Assembly (NCBI GenBank): GCA_951406725.2
Contig: OX597821.1
Coordinates: 115,754,001-115,818,000, forward strand
Origin: Octopus vulgaris
Taxonomy: Eukaryota
Length of the DNA: 64,000 nt
Reading direction: 5' to 3'
The notes under the pieces were generated by a model. That model ran no database searches, was not told where the DNA came from, and was given only the letters and a program-made list of their open reading frames with translations. Positions 1 through 12,484 of the stretch are shown here, one piece after another (within the stretch, counting starts at the first letter, position 1; each line of letters begins with the position of its first letter). The translations under genes and the position numbers were made by a program.

Positions 1-38
<38 letters not shown>

Positions 39-113
39 CATATATACACACACACGTGTGTGTATGTGTGTGCTCATGCATATATAAATGTTTGTGTATA
101 TATGCAATGCATA

Positions 114-203
<90 letters not shown>

Positions 204-295
204 TATATATGTACATATGCATTGCATATATACACAAACATTTATATATGCATGGGCACACACACTCACATATATACATATACACATATGTATGT

Positions 296-329
<34 letters not shown>

Positions 330-361
330 GCATATGTGTGTGTGTGTGTGTGAATTTATAA

Positions 362-1165
362 GTGCGTGTATATGTCTGTGTGGTAAGAAGTTTGCTCCTC
401 AACAGCATGGTTCCGGGTTCAGTCCCACTGCGTGGCACCTTGGGCAAGTCCCTTCTACCGTTGCCTCGGGCCGACCAATGTCTTGTGAGACGATTTAGTT
501 GACAGAAACTGAAAGAAGCACATTCTTTTCTTGTTTCAATCATTTGACTGCGGCCATGTTGGAGCACCGCCTTAAGTCGAACAAATCCACCCCATGACTT
601 ATTCTTTGTATCCCTAGTACTTATATCGGTCTGTTTTATCGAACCGCTAAGTTACAGGGACGTAAACACACCAACATCGGTTGTCAAGCGATGGTGTGAC
701 AAACACAGACACACACACACATGCAAATACACACACACGCACACGTACACACATATACGGCAGGCTTCTTTCAGTTTTCACCTACCAAATCCACTTACAA
801 GGCTTTGGTCGGTCCGATGCTATAGTAGAAGACACTTTTCTAAGGCGCTACGCAGTGGGAACGAACCCGAAGCCATGTGGTTGGGAAGCAAGGTTCTTAC
901 TACACAGCCATGCTGCGCCTATATATATCTAAAGACATATTTATATATGGGTATGTATATGTGAGTGTGTCTGTGTTTGTCGTCCTCTTTGCCGCTCGAC
1001 AATTAATGTCAGTGTGTTTACGTCCCCGGAACATTAGCGGTTCGGCAAAAGAAACCGAAAGAATAAGTACCAGGTTTAAAAAAGAAAAAAAAAGTACAAG
1101 TGTCGATTCGTCCGGTTAAAATTATTCATGGTGGTGTCTCAGCACAGCCGCAGTCTAATGACAAA
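362..1165. mobile_element. Cluster of SINE A pieces: + head 362-520, - copy 525-915, + tail 960-1165
   Basis: Sequence similarity to 41190-41605 in alternating orientation. Confidence 0.82.
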
Positions 1166-1236
1166 CAAGATCCATCCATCCATCCATCCATCCATCCATC
1201 CATCCATCCATCCATCCATACATACATACATACATC

Positions 1237-1267
<31 letters not shown>

Positions 1268-1978
1268 CACGTCATCCCATTAGTAATGTCCAATTTGTAA
1301 ACGCTTTAACAATGTTTTAGAATGTCTAATAGCGTCAAGTAATATATGTATGTTTTTGGACAAATTCAGACCAATTAAATTTCATTTTGCAGGATAATCT
1401 AATTGAAATTTCACTAATTAGAGCTCTTCAAACATGGAAGTGTCTAAGTGGAGGCACATGGCCTAGTGGTTAGAGCAGCGGACTCGCGGGTTCGAATCTC
1501 AGACCGGACGATGTGTGTATTTATGAGCGAAACACCTAAGCTCCACGCGGCTCTGGCAGAAGGTAATGGCGAAACTTTTACTGACTCTTTCGCCACAACT
1601 TTCTCTCACTCTTTCCTCCTGCATCTTGCAGCTCACCTACGATGGACCGGCGTCCCGTCCAGGTGCAGAACCTATACGCCAAGAACCCGGGAAACTGGCC
1701 CTTATGAGCCAGGCATGGCTCGAGAAGGAACGAAGAGTTTAAGGAGAATTTGAGGCACATAATGCTTTATGAATTAAAAAAAAAGAAATTCTGCAACTGA
1801 AGCAACTCGAAATATTCACTCAGCTTATGGGGAAGAGTACCTGAATGAAAGAACTTGCAGAAGATTGTTTGTAAAATTCAAAAGTGGAGATTTCTGCCTT
1901 GAAGCTGAGACCCAAACAGGACGTCCAATTGAGTTTGATGACAAGCTCCTTTTGGCAGAACTTGCAAAAGACCATGTT
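1268..1978 (+). mobile_element. Mariner 5' fragment (transposase HTH region), interrupted by a SINE
   Basis: Removing the SINE restores MEVSK-ENLRHIMLYE..NSATEATRNIHSAYGEEYLNERTCRRLFVKFKSGDFCLE....GRPIEFDD, with one frameshift. Confidence 0.85.
1448..1735 (+). mobile_element. SINE family C inserted in the mariner transposase
   Basis: Near-identical to 26299-26601. Confidence 0.88.
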
Positions 1979-2395
1979 TCTGTTGATAAAATAAGTACCA
2001 GTAATACTAGGGTCGATGTAATCTACTTATTCTGATCCTCGAAATTGCTGGCCTTGTACCAAAATTTGAAATCAATATAAAACTTTTCTTTCATATGTCG
2101 CAAGTTACTTTGGTGGTTTAAAAAAAAACGCCAGTGTTTTTCATATATGATACATAGTCACAAGGGCAGTGTGTCCTGTGTATCACATGCACACATGACA
2201 TATTTCCCTGGTGACAACTCATCTAAATCAATGAAACAAGGGCTGACTGAAAGTCTGATTCACATGACAGGCAAACGGTTACCGAATAACAAATAATTTC
2301 ATTTTAAAACGTTTTTCCAACACATCATTTGATTTTATTCTCATCTCTTTCTCTCTGTCTCTCTCTGTCTCTCTCTGTCTGTCTCTCTTTCTCTT

Positions 2396-2466
<71 letters not shown>

Positions 2467-2649
2467 ATCTATATATATATATATATATATATATATAAGA
2501 GAACAAAGTGTACTTACGCCGTTATATATATAATACAAAATGCGACAAGAACGCAAAACACCCGGACAACTAGGTGATACAAACAGGGACAACAAAGCAT
2601 CCAAAACATATATATATGTTTTGGATATATATATGTATCTTTTATCTTT

Positions 2650-2868
2650 TATCCTTTACATGTCTCAGTCATTAGACTGCGTCCATACTGTGGCACCACC
2701 TTGAATTTTTAGTCGAATGAGTCGACTCCAGTACTTATTTTTTGAAGTCTAGTACTTATTCTATCAGTCTATTTGACGAACCGCCAAGTTACGGGATTGT
2801 TAACTCCACCAGTGGTTGTCAAGGGTGGTGGGAAACAAATACAGGCACAAAGACATACTGCGCGAACG

Positions 2869-2911
<43 letters not shown>

Positions 2912-3068
2912 GACAGGCTTCTTTAAGTTTCCGTCGACCAAATCTACTCACAATGCTTTGGTCGGTCAGAGGCTACAGTAGAAAACACTTGTCCAAAGTA
3001 CCACGCAGTGGGACTGAGCCATGAACCATGTGGTTGGGTAGCAAATTTCTTACCACACAGCCACCCCT
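2650..3068 (-). mobile_element. SINE family A
   Basis: Reverse complement matches 41190-41605. Confidence 0.82.
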
Positions 3069-3092
3069 GCACCTTTTTTAAGAGTGGGTTTT

Positions 3093-3164
3093 CCGTACGC
3101 ACGGGACTCGAACCCGCATCTTTATATATTCGCGATAAGTGTGCTACCATTGCACCAACGTACC
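3093..3164 (-). pseudogene. tRNA-like pseudogene or isolated SINE head
   Basis: Minus strand shows D arm GTGC/GCAC, T arm GCGGG-TTCGAGT-CCCGT and acceptor GTACG/CGTAC. The anticodon stem is weak, position 33 is G, and there is no oligo-T terminator. Confidence 0.55.
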
Positions 3165-3252
3165 CATTACAGTTTAAATTAAGATTTAAAATTTAAGTAT
3201 GGGTATGTTCCTAGTATTATGCCGATACTGCACGTTCACTGTCTATGGTTAC

Positions 3253-3333
3253 CTGGTTTCATCTACGGTAACTGCACTATCGTCGCTGGATCCACTTCTT
3301 GAATGCCTCGGTGTACAGAAACAATGGATACGG
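3253..3333 (-). CDS. Candidate 81-nt internal exon (RIHCFCTPRHSRSGSSDDSAVTVDET)
   Basis: Minus-strand TTCTTATTAG| acceptor and CAG|GTAACC donor, frame-preserving length, open frame, inside a unique island (3200-3620). Confidence 0.3.
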
Positions 3334-3666
3334 CTAATAAGAATGTATTGGAAACTTTATTTATAACGACGATCGTTTCGACATATCCTGCATCGCTCCC
3401 TCGTGGGTAGGAATCTATAGAATGGATTACGATGCATCGCACGGTGCAGAAACATCGCATCAGGAAATGTAATGTAGGTTTTCGTTACTTAAGTAATGTT
3501 TCGCTCTTACGATAAACTAGAGCATGGTGATAGTAGCTGAGATACATTGAGAAGGAATGGCAAAGAACAGATTAAGTTGCGAAGCTGAGGATACAAACAG
3601 GAAGTAATAAAGAAAATAATACAATATGCGCATGTGTGTAAGTATTTATGTATTTATGTAAGACAT

Positions 3667-3937
3667 TATTCAGTTTCTTTAAAGAGTTCTTGCCAATATA
3701 GAAAGACCCAGTTTCTAACCCAGATCCAAGACTCCTTCATTGGAATTTCAACATCAACAACAGGGTCGTTTTGTATGTATGTATGTATGTATGTATGTAT
3801 GTATGTATGTATGTATGTATGTATGTATGTATGTATGTATGTATGTATGTATGCATGTATGTATGCATGTATGTATGTATGTGTGTGTGTGTGTATGTAT
3901 GTATGTATATATGTATGTATGTATGTATATATGTATG

Positions 3938-3971
<34 letters not shown>

Positions 3972-5200
3972 TGTATGTATGCATGTATGTATGTATGTGT
4001 GTGTGTGTGTGTGTGTGTGTTTGTGTGTGTGTGTATGTGTGTATGTATGTATGTATGTATGAATGTGTATGTATGCATGTATGTACAAATTTGTATGTTT
4101 TATGTATGCATTCTCATGCTTATAGTTGCATATCTATTTAAATGATAAACTTCTGGAAGTTTTAAAAGTTTTTACAGTTCCAGTAATGGATTGGATCTGT
4201 AGTCTTCGAATTAGCTTTCTCCTTTCTGGTTTTGAGAAGCCTAATTTCTCAAGATTGGTATTTAGGCAGTGTGTTACATATCCCAGGACCCCAATAATTA
4301 CAGGTATAAACCTGAACTTGTAATCTGGATAGAGTAACTGCAGATTTCTCAATAGTTCAGCATAGGTGTTCTCTTTTTCACTGATCTTCAGCTTTATGTT
4401 AACAACCTCTGGGCAGCTAATTTCCACAACTGTTCACAGTTTCTCTTCTCTATCCCAAATCATTATATCAGGTCTGTTGTGCTTACATTTTATTGAGGTC
4501 TTCACAGGGATATTCCACCAGTACCCCTTTTAATTATGAGTGGTTATGGCTTCTACCATATTGTGTGTAATTACCTCCTCCAAGGAAGGAGCTTATGTTT
4601 TCATCGGCGTTGGTTTGTCCGTCTGTCCGTCTGTGTGAAAAATAACTCTAAAAGTTGTGAATGGTATTTGATGAAACTTGCTGGAAAAGTTGGTAATGAC
4701 AAAAGGAACAGATGATGAAATTTTGGTAGTGATCCGGGAATTATTATGGATTCTTGAAGGATTTTTCATTTGTTATACTTACTTTACATGAAGTTTTAAA
4801 ATGTTACGTTATTTGATTATCTCCCTTGAAAACATGTTCATCGTTCCCACGTAACCTATGGTGGCGTTGCTGTTTCTAAAATTTATTTTCGTTTCTTAAA
4901 ATGAGTCTTAAAATGAGCTGCTTGGCGGAGGTCTGCGGAGGATGACATGACAAACCTTGACTATTGGGATGATTCCTGTTTTTAAAGGTTTTTAAAAATA
5001 TCATATGGCTGTGTTATTCTTTTTTACCCCACTAAGGAGGTTATGTTTTTGCCGGCGTTGGTTTCGGAAATTGGGCGATTTTCAGCATGCGTGTATATGG
5101 GTGGAAATGAGCGGCTTGGTGGAGGTCTGCGCTCTCCGATTGCTTTTCTAGTTATTTCTTTACCCTCGGGATTATCCTTCCGACGGATTTCATTATAGAG
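3667..5200 (-). mobile_element. 5'-truncated copy of the same RLE LINE, interrupted at about 4568-5151
   Basis: Reverse complement matches 15370-16130 (ORF 4134-4427 'EISCPEVVNIKLKISEKENTYAELL', same 3'UTR). Confidence 0.9.
4568..5151 (+). mobile_element. Helentron/HINE-like non-autonomous element(s) inserted in the LINE fragment
   Basis: Sub-terminal inverted repeat ACCTCC(T)CCAAG ... CTTGG(C/T)GGAGGT, internal GTCY repeat, 3' hairpin and TTTTCTAG end. It is inserted in a T-run of the LINE and has two head/tail units (4570-4938, 5022-5151). Confidence 0.7.
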
Positions 5201-5250
5201 TATGTATGTATGTATGTATGTATGTATGTATGTATGTGTGTATATATGTG

Positions 5251-5284
<34 letters not shown>

Positions 5285-5332
5285 TGTATGTATGTATGTA
5301 TGTATGTATGTGTGCGTGCCTGTATACATACA

Positions 5333-5364
<32 letters not shown>

Positions 5365-5562
5365 CGCGGAGGTGTTGTAAAGTTCCTGGTTTTGGGTAAA
5401 AGAAAATACAGGAGGATCAGTTAATTATCAGTTAATTAAGCACTCACTTATTGCAACAGTCCTTCAGTTTTTCTCAGCCCTGTAAAAGAATCTGGAAAGT
5501 TGGGCCACAAACCTGACCTTTCGCGATACCCTTAAAATAAGGAACTTTTCAGTACTCCCTCG
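5365..5562. mobile_element. Tc1/mariner-type MITE
   Basis: TA|CGCGGAGGTGTTGTAAAGTTCCT ... AGGAACTTTTCAGTACTCCCTCG|TA. Confidence 0.65.
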
Positions 5563-5943
5563 TACATATATGCATACATGCGTTTGTGTGGAGTGTATGT
5601 ATATATCTGTATCAGTACGCGCGCGCGTGCGCGCACACACACACACACACACACACAAACAAACGATTGTAACAGGAATGTATTTATATGTATTAAGATA
5701 TATATAATAATCTTTTATCTTTTTGTTTTGTTTCAGTCATTGATCTTCGGCCAGACAGTGACATATTCTTGAAGAATTTAGTCGAACAAATCAGCACCAA
5801 AATTTATTTTGTTTGATTCTATTTATCCTATTGTATGTTTTTTGCCGAACCGCTATGTTACGGGGAGATAGACAAACCAACACCGGTTGTCAAGCGGTGG
5901 GACGGGGAAACACAAACACACATGCACAAGCGTACGCGCTCGT

Positions 5944-5981
<38 letters not shown>

Positions 5982-6226
5982 TCAGTCATCTCGTTCTTGG
6001 TTTCCTGCTAGTTGGTTTGGCTTGAAGAATTTATCATACAATTCTTTCCTGCGACATTCTAATCACATGTCCGCAGTAACAGAACTGTTATATCACAATG
6101 TGGAGAAGTAGCGATCTTTTGGCCACTCCATTATCACCTCACCTTCCAACGGTTAATAAAACGTTTTCTTTCCAATAAAATATACATTACTAAATGCTTT
6201 GTCGCTTGATGTCGCACTGTGTAAAC

Positions 6227-6512
6227 CAGTATTTCCCAAAGTGGGTGGTACTGTACCCTGGTGTGCGGTGGAAAAGCCCGGTATTGGGTGTGAGATGGGT
6301 GAAAGAAGGTGAGGTGATAATGGGGTGGCCGAAAGATGTAAAATAGATGTAAAAACAATTAATTAGGTTAATTAGGTTTAATTTTTTATTTGTGAAATAT
6401 AGTTGCTTTGAATTCGTTGCAGAAAGTAGTGGTCTATGTTTGTAAAGGGGGCGCTAGGAATGTGGCCTGAGTGGCAAGGGGGAGGCAGCTTGAATATATT
6501 CGGGAATCACTG
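6227..6512. mobile_element. hAT-type MITE
   Basis: CAGTATTTCCCAAA ... TTCGGGAATCACTG termini; degenerate 8-bp flanks GTGTAAAC / ATATAGAC. Confidence 0.6.
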
Positions 6513-6959
6513 ATATAGACAATCCAATGTATTATCCATTCAGCAGCTGTTTACGACTTTTACCTTTCTCAAGGCAAGAACATATATCCATCTTCTTAAG
6601 GATGAGTGCTACTCTTTTGTATTTATCAGTTGGGAAGATTTTTGAGATAAGTTACTACGTTTCGAGAAAATTTAAGGAAATATCGGAGCATGGATAGACT
6701 GTAAATGAAACACATGACTGTTGGCACGTGGAACCAGTGGTAAAACTGGTTCCACGTGGTTGGAATTCGGTGCCAAATTCCAACCAGCGCTTGCATAGAA
6801 CTTATTATTTTTATTATTATTTCTTTCTTTTGGGTGCCGGATGCTTTAGAGTTATGGTTTTTGGAGTCCCGGACAAGAAGGATTTTATTGTGAATCTCCC
6901 TAAAAGCACACTTTATAGCTTTAGGACAATGAAAAAACCCACTTCACTGAACCATTGGG

Positions 6960-7128
6960 TTCAACAAGGGCACCACTTTGAAGGGTTTTAGTTGAATAAA
7001 TCGTCCCCAGGGATTATTTTTTTCAAGCTTAGTACTTATTCTGTACATTTTTCAGCCGAACCGCTAAGTTACGGGCGCGTAAACACACCACTAACGGTTG
7101 TCAAATGGACACACACACACGCACACAT

Positions 7129-7193
<65 letters not shown>

Positions 7194-7325
7194 TTCGGCA
7201 ATCCTCTTTCAGTTTCTGTCTACCAAATCCACTCATAAGGCTTTAGTCAGCCCGAGACACTTGCCGAAGGTGTCACGCACTGGGACTAAGCCCTTGGTTG
7301 AGAATCAAGCTTCTTACCATGCCTG
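6960..7325 (-). mobile_element. SINE family A
   Basis: Reverse-complement match; a further partial copy lies at 5720-5980. Confidence 0.75.
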
Positions 7326-7347
7326 TGTCCACACCAATTTTAGAAAT

Positions 7348-7700
7348 CTCTATACTACTAAAACTCTGTGGTGGCTTGTTTGCGTGCGTACTTGTCTGAA
7401 ATTTAATACAGCCAAACCGGCGTATAAAGGGGAAAATTCTCTGAAAGAAAGGTACTCCTGAAATGTGAATATAAACGGAATAAAACAAGTTTTGCGTAAA
7501 TCGGACCATGGATACCTGAGATACGCGGTTTTTTGGGGGTACCTTCATAAATAGTCAAAACGGCGCTTAATGGGGAAATAGTCCGAAAGTAAAATAACCC
7601 TGAAATGGCAATGTATAATACTGCGAAAATTGTTTCCATTAATTTTATGCTTACGTTATATAACAGTTCCTTTTGCATTTTTGTAGAAGTGTGCACCTAT
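7348..7700 (+). mobile_element. Helitron-like 5' fragment
   Basis: TCTCTATACTACTAAAA start; CCTGAAATGT.AATAT.AACGGAAT...GCGTAAATCGG shared with 48950-49000. Confidence 0.55.
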
Positions 7701-7724
7701 ACCATAAATAATAAAAATAATATT

Positions 7725-7792
<68 letters not shown>

Positions 7793-8245
7793 AATTATTG
7801 TAAGTAGTGCTCAGGTGCACCACAACTTGTCAAAAGTGCGTATAAAGTATATGCAGTAATGTACAAATGTCTGGAAAGCGAACAGTGTATGAGTCAGATA
7901 CATGCTTGCGTGTGCAAGGAGGGGAGAAAATCAGGTGTAGTGTTGGCGAATCTCAGGAAGCATGGAAGTTTTGAAGGATGCAGTGCTCCGACAACTAACA
8001 ACTGATGCCGGCAGTTTGTTCCATGCTTCAGCAACTCTTAGCGTGAAAAAATGTTTCTGAAAGTCATGGGAGCTGTGCTGTTTTCTGACTTTGTAAATAT
8101 GTCCATGGGTGTTAGACAGGTGGAGTTTGAAAAGGTGCTCAGAGTTATTGTTTGTAAGATGATTAATAATTTTATGGGTGTCTGCCAAATCAGCTGCCAG
8201 ACGTCGGAGTTTCAATGTATCCATGCCCAGGGAAGTAAGGCGTTC
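7725..8245 (-). mobile_element. CR1-clade LINE 3' end with (TTA)n tail
   Basis: ORF 7931-8224 'LKLRRLAADL..HKII...HGH..K...KHFFTLRVAEAWNKLPASVV...SFK' is the typical CR1 ORF2 C-terminus. Confidence 0.85.
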
Positions 8246-8306
8246 AGTAACGGCAAATGTCTGATGGAGTAATAATACTATGAATTATAATAATTATAGT
8301 AATAGA

Positions 8307-8535
8307 GGCGGCGAGCTGGCAGAACCGTTAGCACGCCGGGCGAAATGCGTAGCCGTATTTCGTCTGTCGTTACGTTCTGAGTTCAAATTCCGCCGAGGTC
8401 GACTTTGCCTTTCATCCTTTCGGGATCGATACATTAAGTACCAGTTATGCACTGGGGTCGATGTAATCGACTTAATCCGTTTGTCTGTCCTTGTTTGTCC
8501 CCTCTATGTTTAGCCCCTTGTGGGTAATAAAGAAA
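8307..8535 (+). mobile_element. SINE family B
   Basis: GGCGGCGAGCTGGCAGAA head, GAGTTCAAATTC B box, central GCCTTTCATCCTTTCGGG.TCGATA.ATTAAGTACC block; flanking repeat TATGAATTATAATAATTAT. Further copies at 8570-8720(-), 54780-54980(-), 61230-61400(-) and 63050-63210(+). Confidence 0.85.
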
Positions 8536-9441
8536 CGTATGAATTATAATAATTATTGGTTTTAAATTTTGACACAAGGCCAGCAATTTCAGCAGGGGGT
8601 AAGTCGATTACATCGACCTTAATGCTCTGCTTGTACTTATTTTATCGACTCCAAAAGGATGAAAAGTAAAGTTGACCTTGGCGAAATTTGAACTCAGAAC
8701 GTAAAGACGGACGAAATGATAGGAATACAATGGATAGGCAGAATCTGGTGCAATGTTGGGAATGTTTTGTTTTTCGTTACATTACAATTTTTTTTATCCT
8801 GTAGCTTTTGTATCCTTCCCGTTGCTGATCAAATACTTATCCAGTTGTTGATAAAATATTAACATAAGGAGGTGCCTGTAGAGGGGAATAAAGAAAGGGC
8901 AAAAACGTTGGCACTCAGTTAAATTTATAGTTCCTGAGTTGAATCTCAAGCATAAGAACATAGGCTCGGGAACAGTGGGTGCAGGTGGTACAAGTCCACT
9001 CCTTAAAAATTTGTGGGGACAATGAAAACACTTTGAACCTCCTCCTGAAAAACTGGGTTTGCATCCCCTAAGCAAACTTCGTTCCCGTACTTATGCCTAA
9101 AAGCATGTATTTAAAAATAGGTCATCCAAAGGCGATTAGATAATACACTAATTGCAAATAGTGATGATTAATTAAGTTAATTATTCAATCGATCTTTACT
9201 ATCCTAAATTACTCATTTCTGGAGAAAATATAAATATAAAACAAAATACGAACGATTTAACTGATTAAAGAAAGTGTCGATAACATTGAGGTGAGCCGAT
9301 AACTGAACTTTTGTAAATAGTAGGAATGAAGGCTGCCAAGACTTCCAAGACAATCATTTTGATAATTAATCTTATTAAATTTACATAAAATAAAAATCTT
9401 TCCAAAAACAAGAGACTTGTTTGAAAGTGTGCATCGGATAC

Positions 9442-9472
<31 letters not shown>

Positions 9473-9482
9473 TGTATGTATG

Positions 9483-9515
<33 letters not shown>

Positions 9516-9620
9516 ATATATATATATACATGTGTGTATGTGTGGTTTATGTGTGTGTATATATATGTATGAATATATATATATATGTATATATATACAT
9601 ATATATGTGCGTATACACAC

Positions 9621-9685
<65 letters not shown>

Positions 9686-10854
9686 CACACATATGTATAT
9701 TATATTTATGCATGCATATGTATGTGCGTGTGTATGTATGTATGTATGTATGTATGTATGTATGTATGTATGTATGCATGTATGTATGTATGTATGTATG
9801 TATGTATGCATGTATGTATGGATGTATGTATGTATGTATGTATGCATGTATGTACACTTACATGGTGACAAGTTGTGAAGTTCTTTCGAATCGGCAAGAG
9901 AACAGCTTTCAGAAATATAAGGCCAGAAGGTAAGAGAAACATATTTAAAACAACGGTACCGAAATTTCAATTGTTCGTCACGTGCTACTGCTCTAGTGGC
10001 ATTTCCCGAAGAACAAGGAAAGATTAAAGGCACGTGCGCCAGCGACGATTGGACATTCGGTTAGCGCGTGTTGTTTCTGGGCTACTGACAGACTAAGTTA
10101 AAGGAAGGATGGTAGCTCGGATATATTACAGAGTCATGCCTGTCATTACTAATAGAACAACTCGTGATGATGTTGGTGGTAGGTGTGGTGGTGGTGGGAT
10201 GAGGCTGGTGGTAAGAGTGGTGATAGTTGTGATACTGGTGGCGGTGATGGTAGTGGTGACATTTCTAATGGTGTTGGCTGTGGTGTTTTCGGTGCTGACA
10301 GTCACTGATGATAGAAAAAAAAAACCCCTCAAAAAACCAAAGCAAAAACAACAACAACAACAAAAGAAAACAATACAGAAAAAAGTGCCAATCACACAGT
10401 GTTATATAGTTAGCAGAAAGAGATGATTAAAAAAAATGCTTTTTAAATGAAGAGATATGCAAATGGTATAAGCAGAGAAAATAAGACAGATTAAAAGAAG
10501 AGTTGGTGATATGTTGCGTCAATGAAATACGCGTGATCGACAGAGTGTGACGGGGTAAGTGTCAGCTTCTACAAAATATTGTTCAGGTAAGAACCAATTT
10601 CAGCGCGCTCTAAGTGGAAAAACGACATCAGTAATATCGCGGTGACAGTAATGGCTAGTAGAGAAGATCAACACAAAACATTTAGTTATTTAATAATTTA
10701 ATTAATTATCTAATTACTTACTTTCATGCTTTTCTTTTTTCTGCTTATTAATTCTCTGATTATATCCATGGGGAGAAAACGTGGTGCTTAATTTCCCGTC
10801 TAAACATTTGAGAATTATTTTGCCGGTGAGGTTCAAGGTAAATAGAGTATCTTT

Positions 10855-11179
10855 TATGCTTTACTTGTTTCAGCCATTGCGCTGCGGCCATGCTGGGGCA
10901 TCACCTTGAAGAATATTGGTCTAACTAATTGACTCCAGTGCTTATTTTTTTTAAAGAGATCGATAGAATAAGTACCAGACCTAAGTCTGGTACTTATTGT
11001 ATTGGTATCGGTTGTGGAACCGCTAAGTTACGGAGACATTGAAGAATACCAGTTGTCAAGCGGTGGTGGTCATGGACAGACACAAACACACTTCCCTTCC
11101 AGAAACCAGCCAGCCGACCATCCAACCATCCAACCAAGTGTCTACAATGCACACACACACGCACGCACGCTCACGCACG

Positions 11180-11260
<81 letters not shown>

Positions 11261-11665
11261 ATACAGCAACCTTCCACATTTTTACCAAATTCGCTTACAA
11301 GGCAATGGTCGGTCCGGGGCTACAGTAGAAGACACTTGTCCCAAAAACAGCGAGCTGGCAGAAACGTTAGCACGCCGGGCGAAATGCTTAGCAGATTTTC
11401 GTCTGTCTTTACGTTCTGAGTTCAAATTCCGCCGAGGTCAACTTTGCCTTTCATCCTTTCGGGGTCGATAAATTAAGTACCAGTTACGTACTGGGTCGAT
11501 GTAATCGACTTAATCCGTTTGTCTGTCCTTGTTTGTCCCCTCTGTGTTTAGCCCCTTGTGGGCAATAAAGAAATAAGAAGACACTTGTCCCAAATGCCGC
11601 CTAGTGGCACTGAACCTGAAACCACTTGGTTGTAAAGCAAGCTTCTTAACCACACAACCAAGTCC
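10855..11665 (-). mobile_element. SINE A with a nested + strand SINE B (about 11347-11576)
   Basis: The insert is flanked by a duplication AGAAGACACTTGTCCCAAA. Confidence 0.85.
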
Positions 11666-12341
11666 AGCTATATTATTCATTAATTGTTGCAATCAAATCT
11701 AAAGAGAGTAATTAATTCAATTTAACTCACATGATCATATATTTGAGCGGAATGTGGAGGACTGAACTGTCTCATTGCATTACTGGTATTCATTTAGGCA
11801 TCACTGTGTAATTAAGAGGTTCGCTCCTGAGACACCTTGTTCCAAGTTCAATCCTACACTGCGGCACCTTCGGCTTGTTTCTTGACCAATATCTTGTGAG
11901 TGGGATTTGATGACTGAAAACTGTGTAATAAGAGTAGTGTGTGTGTGTTTACATATTTATATTTAATAGGCGCAGGCATGGCTGTGTGGTAAGAAGCTTG
12001 CTTCCCACCCACATGGTTCCGGGTTCAGTCCCATTTGGGCATGTGTCTTCTATTATTGCCTCGAACCAACCAGCCGCCATGATTGACTACTAGCTCCAAA
12101 AGTTTTTTATTATCTCTCTGTTTATTTCCCCGTGTTCCTTTCTGTTGAAGGGTGTATGCTCGAAACGTAAAAGACTTTCTCACCTTCCCAAGTGTTAAAC
12201 TAATACACCTGTTTGTTGTTTATACACCTGTTTTCGTCTTTTGTTTTTCTGTAAATTTCAATTTCAACTGTATATATATATGTATTACTCTTTTACTCTT
12301 TTACTTGTTTCAGTCATTTGACTGCGGCCATGCTGGAGCAC

Positions 12342-12480
12342 CATATAAAACTGAGAATGTGTGTCTGTCTGTCTGCCTGTCTGTGTGAATCCCTAAAACT
12401 TGAGAACTACACAACCAATTTCATTCAAATTTTACACATACCTTACTTAGGGTCCAAGGAGTGTCATGGGTAAGCAATTT
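12342..12480 (+). mobile_element. Helitron-like 5' fragment abutting the RLE LINE
   Basis: CATATAAAA...GTGTCTGTCTGTC...CCAATTTCATTCAAATTTTACACA, with the same layout as the 60340 end. Confidence 0.5.
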
Positions 12481-12484
12481 TTTT

